Source: an uncultured bacterium (GTDB lineage: Bacteria > Hydrothermota > UBA3073 > NMUJ01 > CBEVQO01). Taken from it: a stretch of DNA of 64,000 nucleotides. The stretch covers positions 1 to 64,000 of the forward strand of contig CBEVQO010000002.1 of assembly GCA_965552055.1 (NCBI GenBank), written 5' to 3'. This document shows positions 17,871 to 28,800 of the stretch, one piece after another; positions within the stretch are counted from its first letter, which is position 1, and each line of letters starts with the position of its first letter. A program made the position numbers and the translations under genes. Under the pieces are notes generated by a model, which had not been told where the DNA came from, did not search any database, and saw nothing but the letters and a program-made list of their open reading frames with translations.

Positions 17871-19748
17871 GTGTGCGGTATTTTCGGTATCTGGGGAGAT
17901 TTTGATGACAAAATAATTTATGATGCCACAAAAACTTTATCTCACAGAGGTCCCGATGCCCTTGGCTTTAAAATTTATAAAAATAAAGAGAAAATTGGAT
18001 TGGGACATACACGACTTAAAATAATAGACCTGTCAGATGAAGCAAATCAACCAATGGAAGACGGGCATCTTGCAATCATTCATAACGGAGAAATTTTCAA
18101 TTACAGAGAAATAAAAAAAGAACTCGAGAAAAAAGGACACAAATTTAAAACAAATTCAGACACAGAAGTGATTTTAAAAGCATATAAAGAATGGGACAAA
18201 AACTTTATCCACAAATTAAGAGGAATGTTCGCATTTGCCATTTATGACAGACAAAAACAAAAAATTTTATTATATCGTGATAAAATAGGTGTCAAACCAT
18301 TATATTATGCTTTCTACAAAAATAACTTCATTTTTTCATCCGAAATAAAAGCGATTTTGAAATCGGGTGTCAAAGCCGACGCAGACAGCAGAATACTGCA
18401 AAACCCCTTCTGGTATCCATGTGCACCGTTCACTGGCTTTAAAAATATTTACAAACTAAAAGCAGGACATTATCTTGAATTTGATGGAAAAAGATTAAAA
18501 ATAGAAAAATACTGGGATATAGAACCAAAAGAAATCATAAATAATTTAAATGAAGCAAAAGAAAATCTTAAAAATTTATTGCTCGAAACAATAAAACTTT
18601 ATCTCATAGCAGATGTGCCTATGGGTGTGCTTTTAAGTGGTGGACTCGATTCTTCACTGATTCTCGCTCTTGTAAGTAAATTTACGGATAAAATCACAAC
18701 TTTTACAATAAAATACAAAAAAGAAGATATAAAATTTGAAGCAATGCCAGACGATAGCTTATATGCAAGAAAAGTTGCAGAAAAATTTAATTCAAATCAC
18801 ATTGAAATAGAGATAGAGCCCAAAATTGCAGATTTACTTCCCAAAATCGTGTATCACATGGATGAACCTTTATCCGACCCGGCATCCATAAATGTTTATC
18901 TGATTTGCAAAGAAGCCAGAAAAATGGGGATAAAAGTGCTTTTAAGCGGAATGGGAGCAGACGAAATCTTCGGTGGATACAGATATTACATGGCAAATTT
19001 AATCTCCGAAAATTATCGCAAAATAACAGATGGATTTTTGAACGAAATCATCACTAATTTTGTAAAAAATTTAAAAGTAGCAGGAAAAGAAAAAGGAATA
19101 AGACAAATAAGATGGCTCAAAAGATTTTTAATCCTCGCACATTACGATAAATTTTACAGGATGCTCGCCAATTTTGTTTTCACATCAAAACATCTTTACA
19201 AAAAAATTTTCAACGGTAAATACGAATCATTACCACATTTTTTAAGGTATAAAGAGATGTGGGATAAAGCGAAGAATTTATCCTATTTAAACAGGATGTG
19301 CTTTTGTGATTTTAAAATTTATTTGACGGACCACAATTTAAATTATACAGATAAAGCATCGTCGGCAACAGGAGTGGAAATCCGCCCCCCTTTAATTGAC
19401 CATAAAATATGTGAATTCGCATTTAATATAGCACCAGAATTAAAAATAAAAAATTTCTGTCAGAAATATATTTTAAAAAAAGTGGCAGAAAAGTTCTTGC
19501 CACATGAAATAATTTACAGACCAAAAGCACCTTTTGGAGCACCTTTGAGAGCATGGGTGAGAAAAGATTTAAAAGAAATGATTGACGATATTCTAACGGA
19601 AAAAACATTAAAAGAGAGAGGATACAATGTAAAAGAAGTTAAAGCGATGATAAAAGCAGATAGAGAAGGCAAAGAAGATTTTGCATTTTTTATATGGATG
19701 TTACTTACAAGAGAAATATGGTATAAAATTTTCATTGACAAAACCTAA
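17871..19748 (+). CDS. asnB: Asparagine synthase (glutamine-hydrolysing) family amidotransferase
   Basis: MCGI, HRGPD, HNGEIFN, SDTEV, LSGGLDSS, GADEIFGGY. Confidence 0.93.
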   Translation: MCGIFGIWGDFDDKIIYDATKTLSHRGPDALGFKIYKNKEKIGLGHTRLKIIDLSDEANQPMEDGHLAIIHNGEIFNYREIKKELEKKGHKFKTNSDTEVILKAYKEWDKNFIHKLRGMFAFAIYDRQKQKILLYRDKIGVKPLYYAFYKNNFIFSSEIKAILKSGVKADADSRILQNPFWYPCAPFTGFKNIYKLKAGHYLEFDGKRLKIEKYWDIEPKEIINNLNEAKENLKNLLLETIKLYLIADVPMGVLLSGGLDSSLILALVSKFTDKITTFTIKYKKEDIKFEAMPDDSLYARKVAEKFNSNHIEIEIEPKIADLLPKIVYHMDEPLSDPASINVYLICKEARKMGIKVLLSGMGADEIFGGYRYYMANLISENYRKITDGFLNEIITNFVKNLKVAGKEKGIRQIRWLKRFLILAHYDKFYRMLANFVFTSKHLYKKIFNGKYESLPHFLRYKEMWDKAKNLSYLNRMCFCDFKIYLTDHNLNYTDKASSATGVEIRPPLIDHKICEFAFNIAPELKIKNFCQKYILKKVAEKFLPHEIIYRPKAPFGAPLRAWVRKDLKEMIDDILTEKTLKERGYNVKEVKAMIKADREGKEDFAFFIWMLLTREIWYKIFIDKT

Positions 19749-19766
19749 TTTTGATTACATTTTTTG

Positions 19767-20996
19767 ATGACATTATTTTTGTTAACCATAAGCCTTACAA
19801 TTTATGAAAACAATTTTGCAGTCGTAAAAGAAGAAAGAAAAGAGAAAGCACAAAATGTTATAGAAATCAAAGATTTGCCATCGGCAATAATAGCACGCTC
19901 ACTGGAAATAATCCCCAAAAATTTCAATATAAAAGAAATAAGAGTAAATTACGATGTCATATCAGAAGATGTAATTTTGAAAAGAAATAAAGGGAAAAAA
20001 ATAATGATAACAACGAAAGATGGCAAAGTGATAGAAGGAACTTTAATCGCTTTTTCGCCTTCAGCAATTCTACTCGAAACAGAACAAAATTTCATCACTG
20101 TAAACCGACAAAACATCATAAAAATCGAAGCTCCGAAATTTGAAATCGAAAAGGAAATAAAATATGAAATTCTGGCAGAAGGCAAAGAAAAAGAATTTCT
20201 GTATCAATTGAAATATATGACAGAAGATATTGACTGGGATGCTGTTTATACGGGAACAATTGAATCAAAGTTAAAATTAAATGGATGGTTTATCTTGAAA
20301 AATAATACAGAAAAAGATTTCGAAAACGCAGATATAACACTATTATCAGGAAAAGTTTATCGCAAATATGCAAGACCCAAACCACTCGCAAAGGCAATCA
20401 CAGTAACTGCTATGACCGGTAGAGAAAAAATACCAGAAGAAGAATTTTTTGAATATTTCATTTATCACCTTGGAAAATATGATTTCAAAAAATTTGAAGC
20501 AAAAAAAATTCCATTTTTAGAAGAAAAAATTAAATATGTGAAAGAATTATGGGTTGAACAGGGTCAAAAAGGCAATCCCACTATTGTCCTGAAATTTAAA
20601 GCACCTGTTTATCTGCCAAAAGGCATTGTCACATTTTATAAAGAAGAAAAAAACAAAATTGAAATGATCGGTGAAGCAGACATCCCCTATACACCTGAAG
20701 GCAAAGAATTAGAACTGAAAATTGGAAAGGCACATAGTATCTTTTTTGAAAGAAAAGTGTTAGAAACACAAAAGATAACAAGGAATGTGGAAGAGAAAGA
20801 AAAAGAAATCACAATCAAAAATTACAAAGATAAAGATGTCGAAGTTTACATTTTTGAAAATATACCGGGAGATTGGGAGATACTTAAAGTATCGCATAAC
20901 TATGAAAAAATATCTGCTCACAGGATAAAATTTGTGATAAAAGTAAAAGGTAAATCTGAAGAAAAAATAAGATACAGAGTAAGAATAAAGTATTAG
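19767..20996 (+). CDS. DUF4139/DUF4140-like protein
   Basis: LTIYENNFAVVKEER, W.A.Y, L.SGKV, C-terminal KFVIKV...IRY. TTGACA-N15-TACATT 5 nt upstream of ATG 19767. Confidence 0.75.
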   Translation: MTLFLLTISLTIYENNFAVVKEERKEKAQNVIEIKDLPSAIIARSLEIIPKNFNIKEIRVNYDVISEDVILKRNKGKKIMITTKDGKVIEGTLIAFSPSAILLETEQNFITVNRQNIIKIEAPKFEIEKEIKYEILAEGKEKEFLYQLKYMTEDIDWDAVYTGTIESKLKLNGWFILKNNTEKDFENADITLLSGKVYRKYARPKPLAKAITVTAMTGREKIPEEEFFEYFIYHLGKYDFKKFEAKKIPFLEEKIKYVKELWVEQGQKGNPTIVLKFKAPVYLPKGIVTFYKEEKNKIEMIGEADIPYTPEGKELELKIGKAHSIFFERKVLETQKITRNVEEKEKEITIKNYKDKDVEVYIFENIPGDWEILKVSHNYEKISAHRIKFVIKVKGKSEEKIRYRVRIKY

Positions 20997-21007
20997 AAGG
21001 AGGGGAT

Positions 21008-21118
21008 ATGGGAAGGGGTCGTGGCAGGTCAAAATCGAAGAAAAAAAGATTACGCCATAAAAGAGAAGTTAAAAAGAAAAAAAGATTGAAAAAATTAAAA
21101 GGCAAACTTAAAGAATAA
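21008..21118 (+). CDS. 36-aa highly basic small protein (not in ORF track)
   Basis: [50 protein letters not shown] overlap with accA. Confidence 0.7.
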   Translation: MGRGRGRSKSKKKRLRHKREVKKKKRLKKLKGKLKE

Positions 21119-22071
21119 TGTGGCTCGACTTTGAAAAACCGATAATAGAACTTGAAGAGAAAATAGAGCGTCTTAAAGCGCAAAGAGACCCTTCTCTGCA
21201 ACCTGAAATAGAGAAACTCGAAAAAGAACTGGATAAGCTTTATGATAAGATTTACAGCAATCTAACTCCCTGGCAAAGGGTTCAGCTTGCACGGCACCCA
21301 GACCGCCCCTACACCGCAGATTACATAAAATACATGATGGATTACTTTATAGAATTACATGGTGATGGCTGTTTCGCAGATGACAAAGCAGTAATCTGTG
21401 GCATCGGCAAAATTGAAGGAAGGTCTATTGTGCTTATTGGACAACAAAAAGGAAGAGATACTCAGGAAAGAATAATGAGGAACTTCGGAATGATGCATCC
21501 AGAAGGTTATAGAAAAGCATTGAGAATAATGAAAATGGGAGCAAAATTTGGGAAACCAATCGTTACCTTAATTGATACCGCTGGGGCATACCCGGGGATA
21601 GGCGCTGAAGAACGCGGTCAGGCACAGGCAATAGCTGTCAATCTGCGTGAAATGGCGATGTTACCTGTACCAATAATTTGTGTGATAACGGGTGAAGGTG
21701 GGAGTGGTGGGGCACTTGGCATCGGTGTCGGCGATAAAATTTTGATGATGGAATATTCATTTTATTCTGTGATTTCACCAGAAGGCTGTGCATCAATTTT
21801 GTGGCGCGATGCCAAAGAAGCACCAAGAGCAGCTGAAGCATTAAAACTAACAGCACAGGACCTTTATAAACTTGGAGTGGCAGATGAGATAATAAAAGAA
21901 CCAAGAGGAGGTGCTCACAGAGACCACAAACTTGCAGCTCAATATGTGAAAGAAGCAATAATAAAAGCACTGGATGAACTAACACCCATACCACCTGAAG
22001 AATTGATAAAAAGAAGGGTGGAGAAATACAAAAAAATGGGAGTTTATATAGAAAAGCAAGAGGCAAAATGA
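21118..22071 (+). CDS. accA: Acetyl-CoA carboxylase carboxyltransferase alpha subunit
   Basis: [45 protein letters not shown]. Confidence 0.97.
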   Translation: MWLDFEKPIIELEEKIERLKAQRDPSLQPEIEKLEKELDKLYDKIYSNLTPWQRVQLARHPDRPYTADYIKYMMDYFIELHGDGCFADDKAVICGIGKIEGRSIVLIGQQKGRDTQERIMRNFGMMHPEGYRKALRIMKMGAKFGKPIVTLIDTAGAYPGIGAEERGQAQAIAVNLREMAMLPVPIICVITGEGGSGGALGIGVGDKILMMEYSFYSVISPEGCASILWRDAKEAPRAAEALKLTAQDLYKLGVADEIIKEPRGGAHRDHKLAAQYVKEAIIKALDELTPIPPEELIKRRVEKYKKMGVYIEKQEAK

Positions 22072-23741
22072 AATCATCAGAGGTACCTTATGATAAGTTT
22101 TCATCGCTTGCTGATATTTTGATAAATATAGCATCAGCACATCCCGATAAGATGGCTTTAAGGATAAAAAGAGATGGAGAATTTAAAGGTTTTACTTACA
22201 AAGAACTGCTCGATAATGCTTCAAAACTGGGCAAATTTCTGATAGAAAGTGGCTTAAAAGAAGGTGAAAGAGTTGCTTTGCTGGGTGAAAATTGTCCCGA
22301 ATGGGGCTTGATTTATTTTGGTATAACATGGGCAGGCGGTGTGATACTACCGATTGACCCCAGAGAATCTCCTGAGCGCTGGGCTCATATCCTGCGACAC
22401 GCAGAAACCAAATTTATATTTTGCTCTAATAGGTATAAAAAAGATGTAGAAGAAATAAAAGAAAGAGTGGAATCACTTCAAAAAATAATAAGTTTCGATG
22501 ATTTACCACAAATTATAAATCAAATTGAAAAAGGAATAAACGCAGCACCAAGGAAAAGAACAGATTTAGCGGTTTTACTATACACATCGGGAACCGAAGG
22601 TGTATCAAAAGGTGTGATGTTATCCCATGGCAACCTAATTTCAAATGTCCATCAGGTCACCCAGGTATTTGCTGATGTCTGCGAAGAAGATAGATTTTTC
22701 TCCGTATTACCATTGCATCATGTTTACGAAGGTACAGCTGGCTTTTTATCGCCAATAAGTTTGGGTGCAGAAATAACCTATGCAAGGTCTTTGAGATCAA
22801 GGGAAATGATCGAAGATTTAAGAGATACCCGTCCTACTTTCTTTGTCGTTGTACCTCTTTTGCTCGAAAAAATGTATCAGGGAATTGTAAGAAGAGTAGA
22901 AGAGCTCGGTGCTTTCAAAAAGATAGCTTTTTCTTTCATGAAATCTTTATCTGCAATCTCTGGTGGTAAACTTGGCAAATCTTTATTCAAAACGGTAAGG
23001 GAGCAGCTTGGTCTTGACAAAGTAAAATACATAGTGTGTGGGGGCGCTCCTCTACCACGCTGGTTATCAAAAGAATTAGAATTAATGGGCTTCCCTATCT
23101 TCCAGGGCTACGGGCTATCAGAGGCATCACCGGTTGTAAGCGTAAATCCACCTGCTAAACCACGAAACGAAAGCGTGGGAAAACCACTTCCAGGTTGCGA
23201 AGTAAGAATTGACAATCCAGATGATGAAGGAATCGGTGAAATTTGCGTAAGGGGTCCAAATGTCATGATGGGATATTACAAAAATGAAGAAGAAACCAGA
23301 AAAGTTTTGAAAGATGGCTGGCTATACACAGGTGATATGGGTAAAATAGACAAAGATGGCTATCTTTATGTAACAGGAAGGAAAAAATCGGTAATCATTA
23401 CAAAGGGAGGCAAAAACATTTATCCAGAGGAACTTGAGAACTTATTAACAAAATCGCCCTTTATTGAAGAATGCGTAGTTACAGCAAAAGCACATCCACG
23501 AACTGGAAGAATAATGCTAAATGCAATTATTTACCCAAATTATGAATTCATAGATAAATATGCGAAAGAACATCATATCGAAATTGATACAAAAACCCTC
23601 GAAAATTTACTTCAAAAAGAAATTGATGAAATAAATAAAAGCTTGCCAGATTATAAAAAGATTTCGGGCTTCACAATAAGAGATGAAGAATTCCCAAAAA
23701 CCACAACTCAAAAAATAAAAAGATATCTGTTTACAGAATAA
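22068..23741 (+). CDS. Long-chain fatty acid-CoA ligase (AMP-binding)
   Basis: YTSGTEG..KGV, QGYGLSE, TGDMG, GRKK...GGKNIYPEE. Confidence 0.9.
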   Translation: MKSSEVPYDKFSSLADILINIASAHPDKMALRIKRDGEFKGFTYKELLDNASKLGKFLIESGLKEGERVALLGENCPEWGLIYFGITWAGGVILPIDPRESPERWAHILRHAETKFIFCSNRYKKDVEEIKERVESLQKIISFDDLPQIINQIEKGINAAPRKRTDLAVLLYTSGTEGVSKGVMLSHGNLISNVHQVTQVFADVCEEDRFFSVLPLHHVYEGTAGFLSPISLGAEITYARSLRSREMIEDLRDTRPTFFVVVPLLLEKMYQGIVRRVEELGAFKKIAFSFMKSLSAISGGKLGKSLFKTVREQLGLDKVKYIVCGGAPLPRWLSKELELMGFPIFQGYGLSEASPVVSVNPPAKPRNESVGKPLPGCEVRIDNPDDEGIGEICVRGPNVMMGYYKNEEETRKVLKDGWLYTGDMGKIDKDGYLYVTGRKKSVIITKGGKNIYPEELENLLTKSPFIEECVVTAKAHPRTGRIMLNAIIYPNYEFIDKYAKEHHIEIDTKTLENLLQKEIDEINKSLPDYKKISGFTIRDEEFPKTTTQKIKRYLFTE

Positions 23742-23744
23742 TAG

Positions 23745-24449
23745 ATGAGAATATATTGCATTTTTGATAAAAAAGAAAATATCATTCCATTTTTGCAAAA
23801 AAATCAAAGAAAAATCTTTAAGGAATTTATCGAAAGTATTTTAAAAAATATAAAGTTCGGTGACTTCAAAAATTACACATTTGGACTGGAAATAGAAGAC
23901 AAAATTTGTTTTATTTTCTCAACAGGTTACAGAAAAGTTTTCAACGCTTTTTGCGATGAATTATCGAAAAGAAAAAGAATAAAAATCAATGAAGAATTTC
24001 TGGATATTTTGAATATTTATTTTGAAAGAAAAAGAGAAGTAAAACACGAAAGGGTACTTTTTAAAACTATAAGTGATGTAATTTTAGAAGATGATTCTGC
24101 TCCTTTAAGCAACACTGATAAAAGATTTATAACTCCAATTGAAGATTTACAATATTTCAATGAAGTTTTAAGCAAAAGTTTTAAAAAGAGATTTAGAGAA
24201 GTAAAGAAAAAAGACCCTCCTTCTTCTATAAAGTTGTATTTTCCTCAGAAAGATGAGATGTATCTTTTGGGATTGGACAAACCTTTATCCGATGGTTATG
24301 TAAAAATTGAAGGCAAAACTTTACGCTGTTTTCGTGGTTATTTCTGGTTAAGAGGTGAGATTGAGAGTTTACAATTTGTTTATGATTATGGTTTTTGTGA
24401 TTTCACATCTGAAGGTTTTGGCTGTTTAAAAATAATAACGCAAAAATAG
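23745..24449 (+). CDS. cas6: Cas6-like RAMP endoribonuclease (orphan, divergent G-loop)
   Basis: K.YTF, F.FST, FKTIS, F.G.F.L.G....LQFVYDYG and a C-terminal G-rich loop GFCDFTSEGFGCL. Confidence 0.7.
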   Translation: MRIYCIFDKKENIIPFLQKNQRKIFKEFIESILKNIKFGDFKNYTFGLEIEDKICFIFSTGYRKVFNAFCDELSKRKRIKINEEFLDILNIYFERKREVKHERVLFKTISDVILEDDSAPLSNTDKRFITPIEDLQYFNEVLSKSFKKRFREVKKKDPPSSIKLYFPQKDEMYLLGLDKPLSDGYVKIEGKTLRCFRGYFWLRGEIESLQFVYDYGFCDFTSEGFGCLKIITQK

Positions 24450-24476
24450 TTGACAATTTTGATTTTTGATTATAAT
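24450..24476 (+). promoter_or_regulatory. Promoter TTGACA-N15-TATAAT (tRNA-His/hisS)
   Basis: Perfect hexamers 7 nt upstream of the tRNA. Confidence 0.8.
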
Positions 24477-24483
24477 AGTGTGT

Positions 24484-24560
24484 GGTGCGCGTAGCTCAAC
24501 GGTCAGAGCACCAGATTGTGGATCTGGGGGTTGTGGGTTCGAATCCCACCGCGCACCCCA
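24484..24560 (+). tRNA. tRNA-His(GUG)
   Basis: G-1, GTGCGCG/CGCGCAC acceptor, CCAGA-TT-GTG-GA-TCTGG, C discriminator, encoded CCA. Confidence 0.96.
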
Positions 24561-24563
24561 AAT

Positions 24564-25853
24564 ATGAAAAAGATACAACCTCTAAAAGGCACAAAAGATT
24601 ATTTATTTCCTGAAGCCCGTAAAAGACAATTTGTAATTCAAAAATTAATAAAAGTTTTTGAAAAATATGGCTTTGAACCAATTGAAACACCTGCAATAGA
24701 ATACTGGGAGATTTTATCAGGGAAATATGGTGAAGAAGAAAAACTTATTTACAAATTTAAAGACCTTGGTGGAAGGGATGTCGGATTGAGATATGACCTA
24801 ACTGTTCCACTTGCACGCGTAGTCGCCACATATCAGCAGTTGCCCCGTCCTTTTAAACGCTATCAGGTGCAAACTGTGTGGAGAGCAGAAAAGCCACAAA
24901 GAGGAAGATTAAGAGAATTTACTCAATGCGATATCGATATCGCTGGAGTTAAAGAAAAAATAGCAGATGCTGAAATCATTGCACTGATTTACGATGCATT
25001 GAAAGAATTTAACTTTACGGATTTTATAATTTTGATAAATAGTAGAAAAATTTTAATGGGACTTTCGGAAACTCTTTCTTTGAAAGAAAAAGAAAAAGAA
25101 ATTTGCAGAGCGATTGATAAATTTGATAAAGGCGGTTTTGAAACGGTTGAAAAATCCTTACAAAAATATGAAATACCAGAAGAAAAATCCAGAGAAATTT
25201 TAAAATTCCTTGAAGAGAGTGTAAAGACTCAAAATAATGAAGATGCTTTGAATTTCGCAGATGAATTTATAAGTGCTGAAATTGGCAAAGAAGGTATTAA
25301 AGAATTGAGAGAATTACTTTCTTACCTTGAAGATTTTGAAATTCCCAAAGATTTTTACACAATAAGTTTGAGATTAGCAAGGGGTCTGGATTATTATACT
25401 GGACCCATTTTTGAGGTAGTTTCAAAAGATGTTAAAATCGGCAGTATTCTTGGTGGTGGGCGTTTTGACAACCTGATAGGGATTTTTGCTGGTAGAGATA
25501 TTCCTGCTGTTGGCGCATCTTTTGGACTCGAAAGATTATGCGAAGTATTTGAAGAACTCGGGCTTTTAAAAGATGTGCCTGCAACACATACAAAAGTGCT
25601 GGTAGCACATAAAGATGCATTAAAGGAAGCAGTAAAGCTGGTAAAAATGTTAAGAGAAAAAGGAATAAATTCAGAAGTTTATTATGAAGGAGATTTCAGG
25701 GGAGCTCTTCACTATGCAAATCAGAAAGGAATAAACTTTGTAATATTACTTGGCGAAGACGAAATAAAAGAAGGTTACTACACTTTGAAAATAATGGACA
25801 AAAGAGAACAGATTAGAATAAATTCGTTTCAAGAGTTAATGCAAATACTTTAA
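24564..25853 (+). CDS. hisS: Histidine-tRNA ligase
   Basis: KGTKD, LRYDLT, WRAEKPQRGRLREFTQCD, RGLDYYTG, GGGRFD, G.SFGLER. True ATG at 24564. Confidence 0.97.
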   Translation: MKKIQPLKGTKDYLFPEARKRQFVIQKLIKVFEKYGFEPIETPAIEYWEILSGKYGEEEKLIYKFKDLGGRDVGLRYDLTVPLARVVATYQQLPRPFKRYQVQTVWRAEKPQRGRLREFTQCDIDIAGVKEKIADAEIIALIYDALKEFNFTDFIILINSRKILMGLSETLSLKEKEKEICRAIDKFDKGGFETVEKSLQKYEIPEEKSREILKFLEESVKTQNNEDALNFADEFISAEIGKEGIKELRELLSYLEDFEIPKDFYTISLRLARGLDYYTGPIFEVVSKDVKIGSILGGGRFDNLIGIFAGRDIPAVGASFGLERLCEVFEELGLLKDVPATHTKVLVAHKDALKEAVKLVKMLREKGINSEVYYEGDFRGALHYANQKGINFVILLGEDEIKEGYYTLKIMDKREQIRINSFQELMQIL

Positions 25854-25856
25854 TTT

Positions 25857-28800
25857 TTATTTGATTTTCACAACCTTTATCGCCTTCGTCTCGGTTCCTT
25901 TCTTTACAAAGTAGATTCCTGGTTTTAAGTCAGATAAATCAAGTATTTTCACATTTCTGCCTGTGCCGTAATCATATTCAATATTCTTAATGACTCTTCC
26001 TGTTACATCATAAATTTTGAAGTTAATTTTTCCGTCGCTATCCGCATAGAGTATCAATTTAACTCTCTGCATGAAAGGATTTGGTGTAAGTTTTACAGAT
26101 ATTGCTTTGGGTTCTTTAGATGTCTGACATCCTCCTGCATATTGATGCACTTTCAGCAAGCTGTAAGCAAGATGAAAACTCGTAATCGCCTCGTTATATC
26201 TGTACCATTCGAGTCCCAGCACCTGCATATCGGGAGCAGGTTTGCTGTAAAATTCTCTTCCTTTTCTTATAAAGTTAATCGCAAGACTTATTAAACTATC
26301 TGTCACTGTACCCATTCTTTTTGCCTCTTTAAGCCTTATTAAAGTCAATAATTCACATCCCCTTGCCAAGATGAAACTCCAGCTTTTCAGACTATCTGCG
26401 ATTATCTCCCATCCTTCAACATTTTTAATTTTTGCTATCCTCGTTGCCTGTTTGAATTTATGCACTGCATTGTTTATTCTCATAAATGTACGACCTTTTG
26501 CGTGCCAATCATCCGTAAAGTCTTCTCTTGCTTTCTCCAGCTTTTTATATGCCTGTCTTAATTTTTTATCCACATACTTATCTTCTATTAGCTTTATGGC
26601 ACTATCAGTAAGCTCTGCAACATATTTAATTCTATCAAGGGGACTCTTTTCTGGATAATAATATCCCTGTGATACGAATATAAATGTACGTTTGGGTTGA
26701 GTCTGTTCTGGTATCGTAAATTTAAGCGTCAATCTTTCACCCGGTAAAATCTCAACATATTGGGTATCTGTGTAAAGAGCTTCTGTTACATCTTGAGAAA
26801 TCAAATGTTTTGCTTCTATTAACTCAGCTTCTTTCACCTCAAAATCATCTATAACATTCGCAACTGCAACTCTATTTATTCTGAAAGGCTCATTATAAAC
26901 CAGCCGTATCCATAAAATTCCTTCACCGGGTGGTGATTTTCTTTTTAGCAAAATAAAATGTGCAGAAGGATTTTCACGCTGATAAATAACCGGTTCTTCC
27001 GCAGCTTCGTATCGCACAGGAGTCCCATACTGCAGAAGTTCACATGCAACTTCTTCTTCCGAGGGCACAAGTAAATCTTCAGGTAAAGAATATAATCTCT
27101 TTTCTCTAATAGGCCCCCATATAGGAAGTACAGGTCCAGGGAAAATCGCATTATCGAGCCTTATTGCTATTTTTGTGGAAAGGCTTTCGGCTGGGAAGCC
27201 CACCCAGATTGTATCTTCGGGGTATCCGTAAAGGTAGAGTGTATCTTTTTCTTTTACAAGTTCCGTATAGTCTGCGTTACCTCTGGGGTCTGTGCATATC
27301 ACAGGCGGTATAAGCTTCGAATAACCAAAAATCGTGCCTTTTGGCGTAACGCCTATCTCCTGATTCTCAGAATGATCGACACAGAGCAAAGACACGAAAT
27401 TAAAATGCGAATGATAAAATGTGTCTTCTCTTATTTGCATAAGATAATGGCTATCAATAGAGAAAGGAATTATTCTCATAAGGTAAAAATCTGTATTTTC
27501 TTTATTAAAAATGGGAACAAGGATATTGTTATCCTCTACAAAAGTATCTCCCTGCGTATAAACCCAAAGGTATGGACAACCATTTTCACTCGTAGAGATA
27601 CATCTTCCTTTTGAGTAGTTCGGCACTTCGTCATAAGTAAATACTCTGAAATAATAGATGTATTGGTCGGTATTAAGACCTGATATTGTGAGTTGAAAAG
27701 TGTTACCTGCTCCTCCTGCATTGCCATTATAAGCATTTGTTCCATCAAATGGTCCTGATGGATAACCTGTTGTTTTATATTGTACTCTTACACCCTGAAA
27801 ATCTGGGTCTGCTGGATTTGTCCATTCAAGTTTTACATAATTTGTCGTTTTTTCGATGATTTTTAATCCTGACACCTCGGCTGGTGGTGTTTCATCGATT
27901 ATCGTATTAAGAGTAAACATTTCGCTCAACATCCTTCCTTTATAATACACTATGGGAGGACCTCCACCTGCCGCAAATATTGTTATACAAATTCTGCATT
28001 TATCACTATTGATTGTGTCAGGTACTTTTGGATTTTTTAAAAAACAGTGTGCTGTGACTCTCCTTTTTCCACTGTCAATCTGCTCAATAGATACAATACC
28101 GTAATTGAGTTCAGCCCAGTGAATATAGCCTATTCCTTTAGTGGTAAAATAAATTCTTATAGTGGTATCAAAGATGTCGGGATGACTCGGTATATCATCA
28201 ATCCATCTTACAATTAAATAAGTATTTGCAGATTTTGATGTAGAAATTTCTTCAAATGAAGTTTCAAGCGGATATATGTTTTCTGTACCCGAAAGGGGAG
28301 CTACGGGCACATATACAGTATATGAGTTAAATTCAATATCGTAAGCTGTTATTTCTAATTCCCAACCTTCCGACCATTTTAAGGATTTACCAGAGCCCAC
28401 TATTGAATCTATATCCAGATAATTATTTTTATTTGTATCATTTGTCACAATATAATAGTAAAATGAGTCATTAGACCCGGGAGCATAAACATAATAAATA
28501 TTTGCGTCTCTAAGCCAGTAATCGAAATACCAGTCGTCTTTTATCCAGCGCGGAGTCCAATTAGGATCCCATAAGGTCAGCTCAACATTGTAAATTCCAA
28601 CATTGTTGCTTCCATTTGTGATTGCGTCTTTCATCCTAACGACGATGTCAACTTTACCATATAAAGAATCACCTGATAATCTTTGTGTTGTATCCACGCC
28701 CACACCGTCTGTCCAGAAAGTTACACCATCATACACATTTACATCATCCCAGATATAAGGCGAGGCATTATCATCAAAAGGCTCTATACCGCCAACCCAG

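Noticed and set aside
23745..24560. CRISPR array near the cas6-like gene or elsewhere
   Set aside because: No regularly spaced short direct repeats with unique spacers were seen in the window.
24516..24563. N-terminal extensions of hisS and of the ABC ATPase (35038-35202)
   Set aside because: They overlap clear tRNA genes and promoters; true starts are 24564 and 35203.
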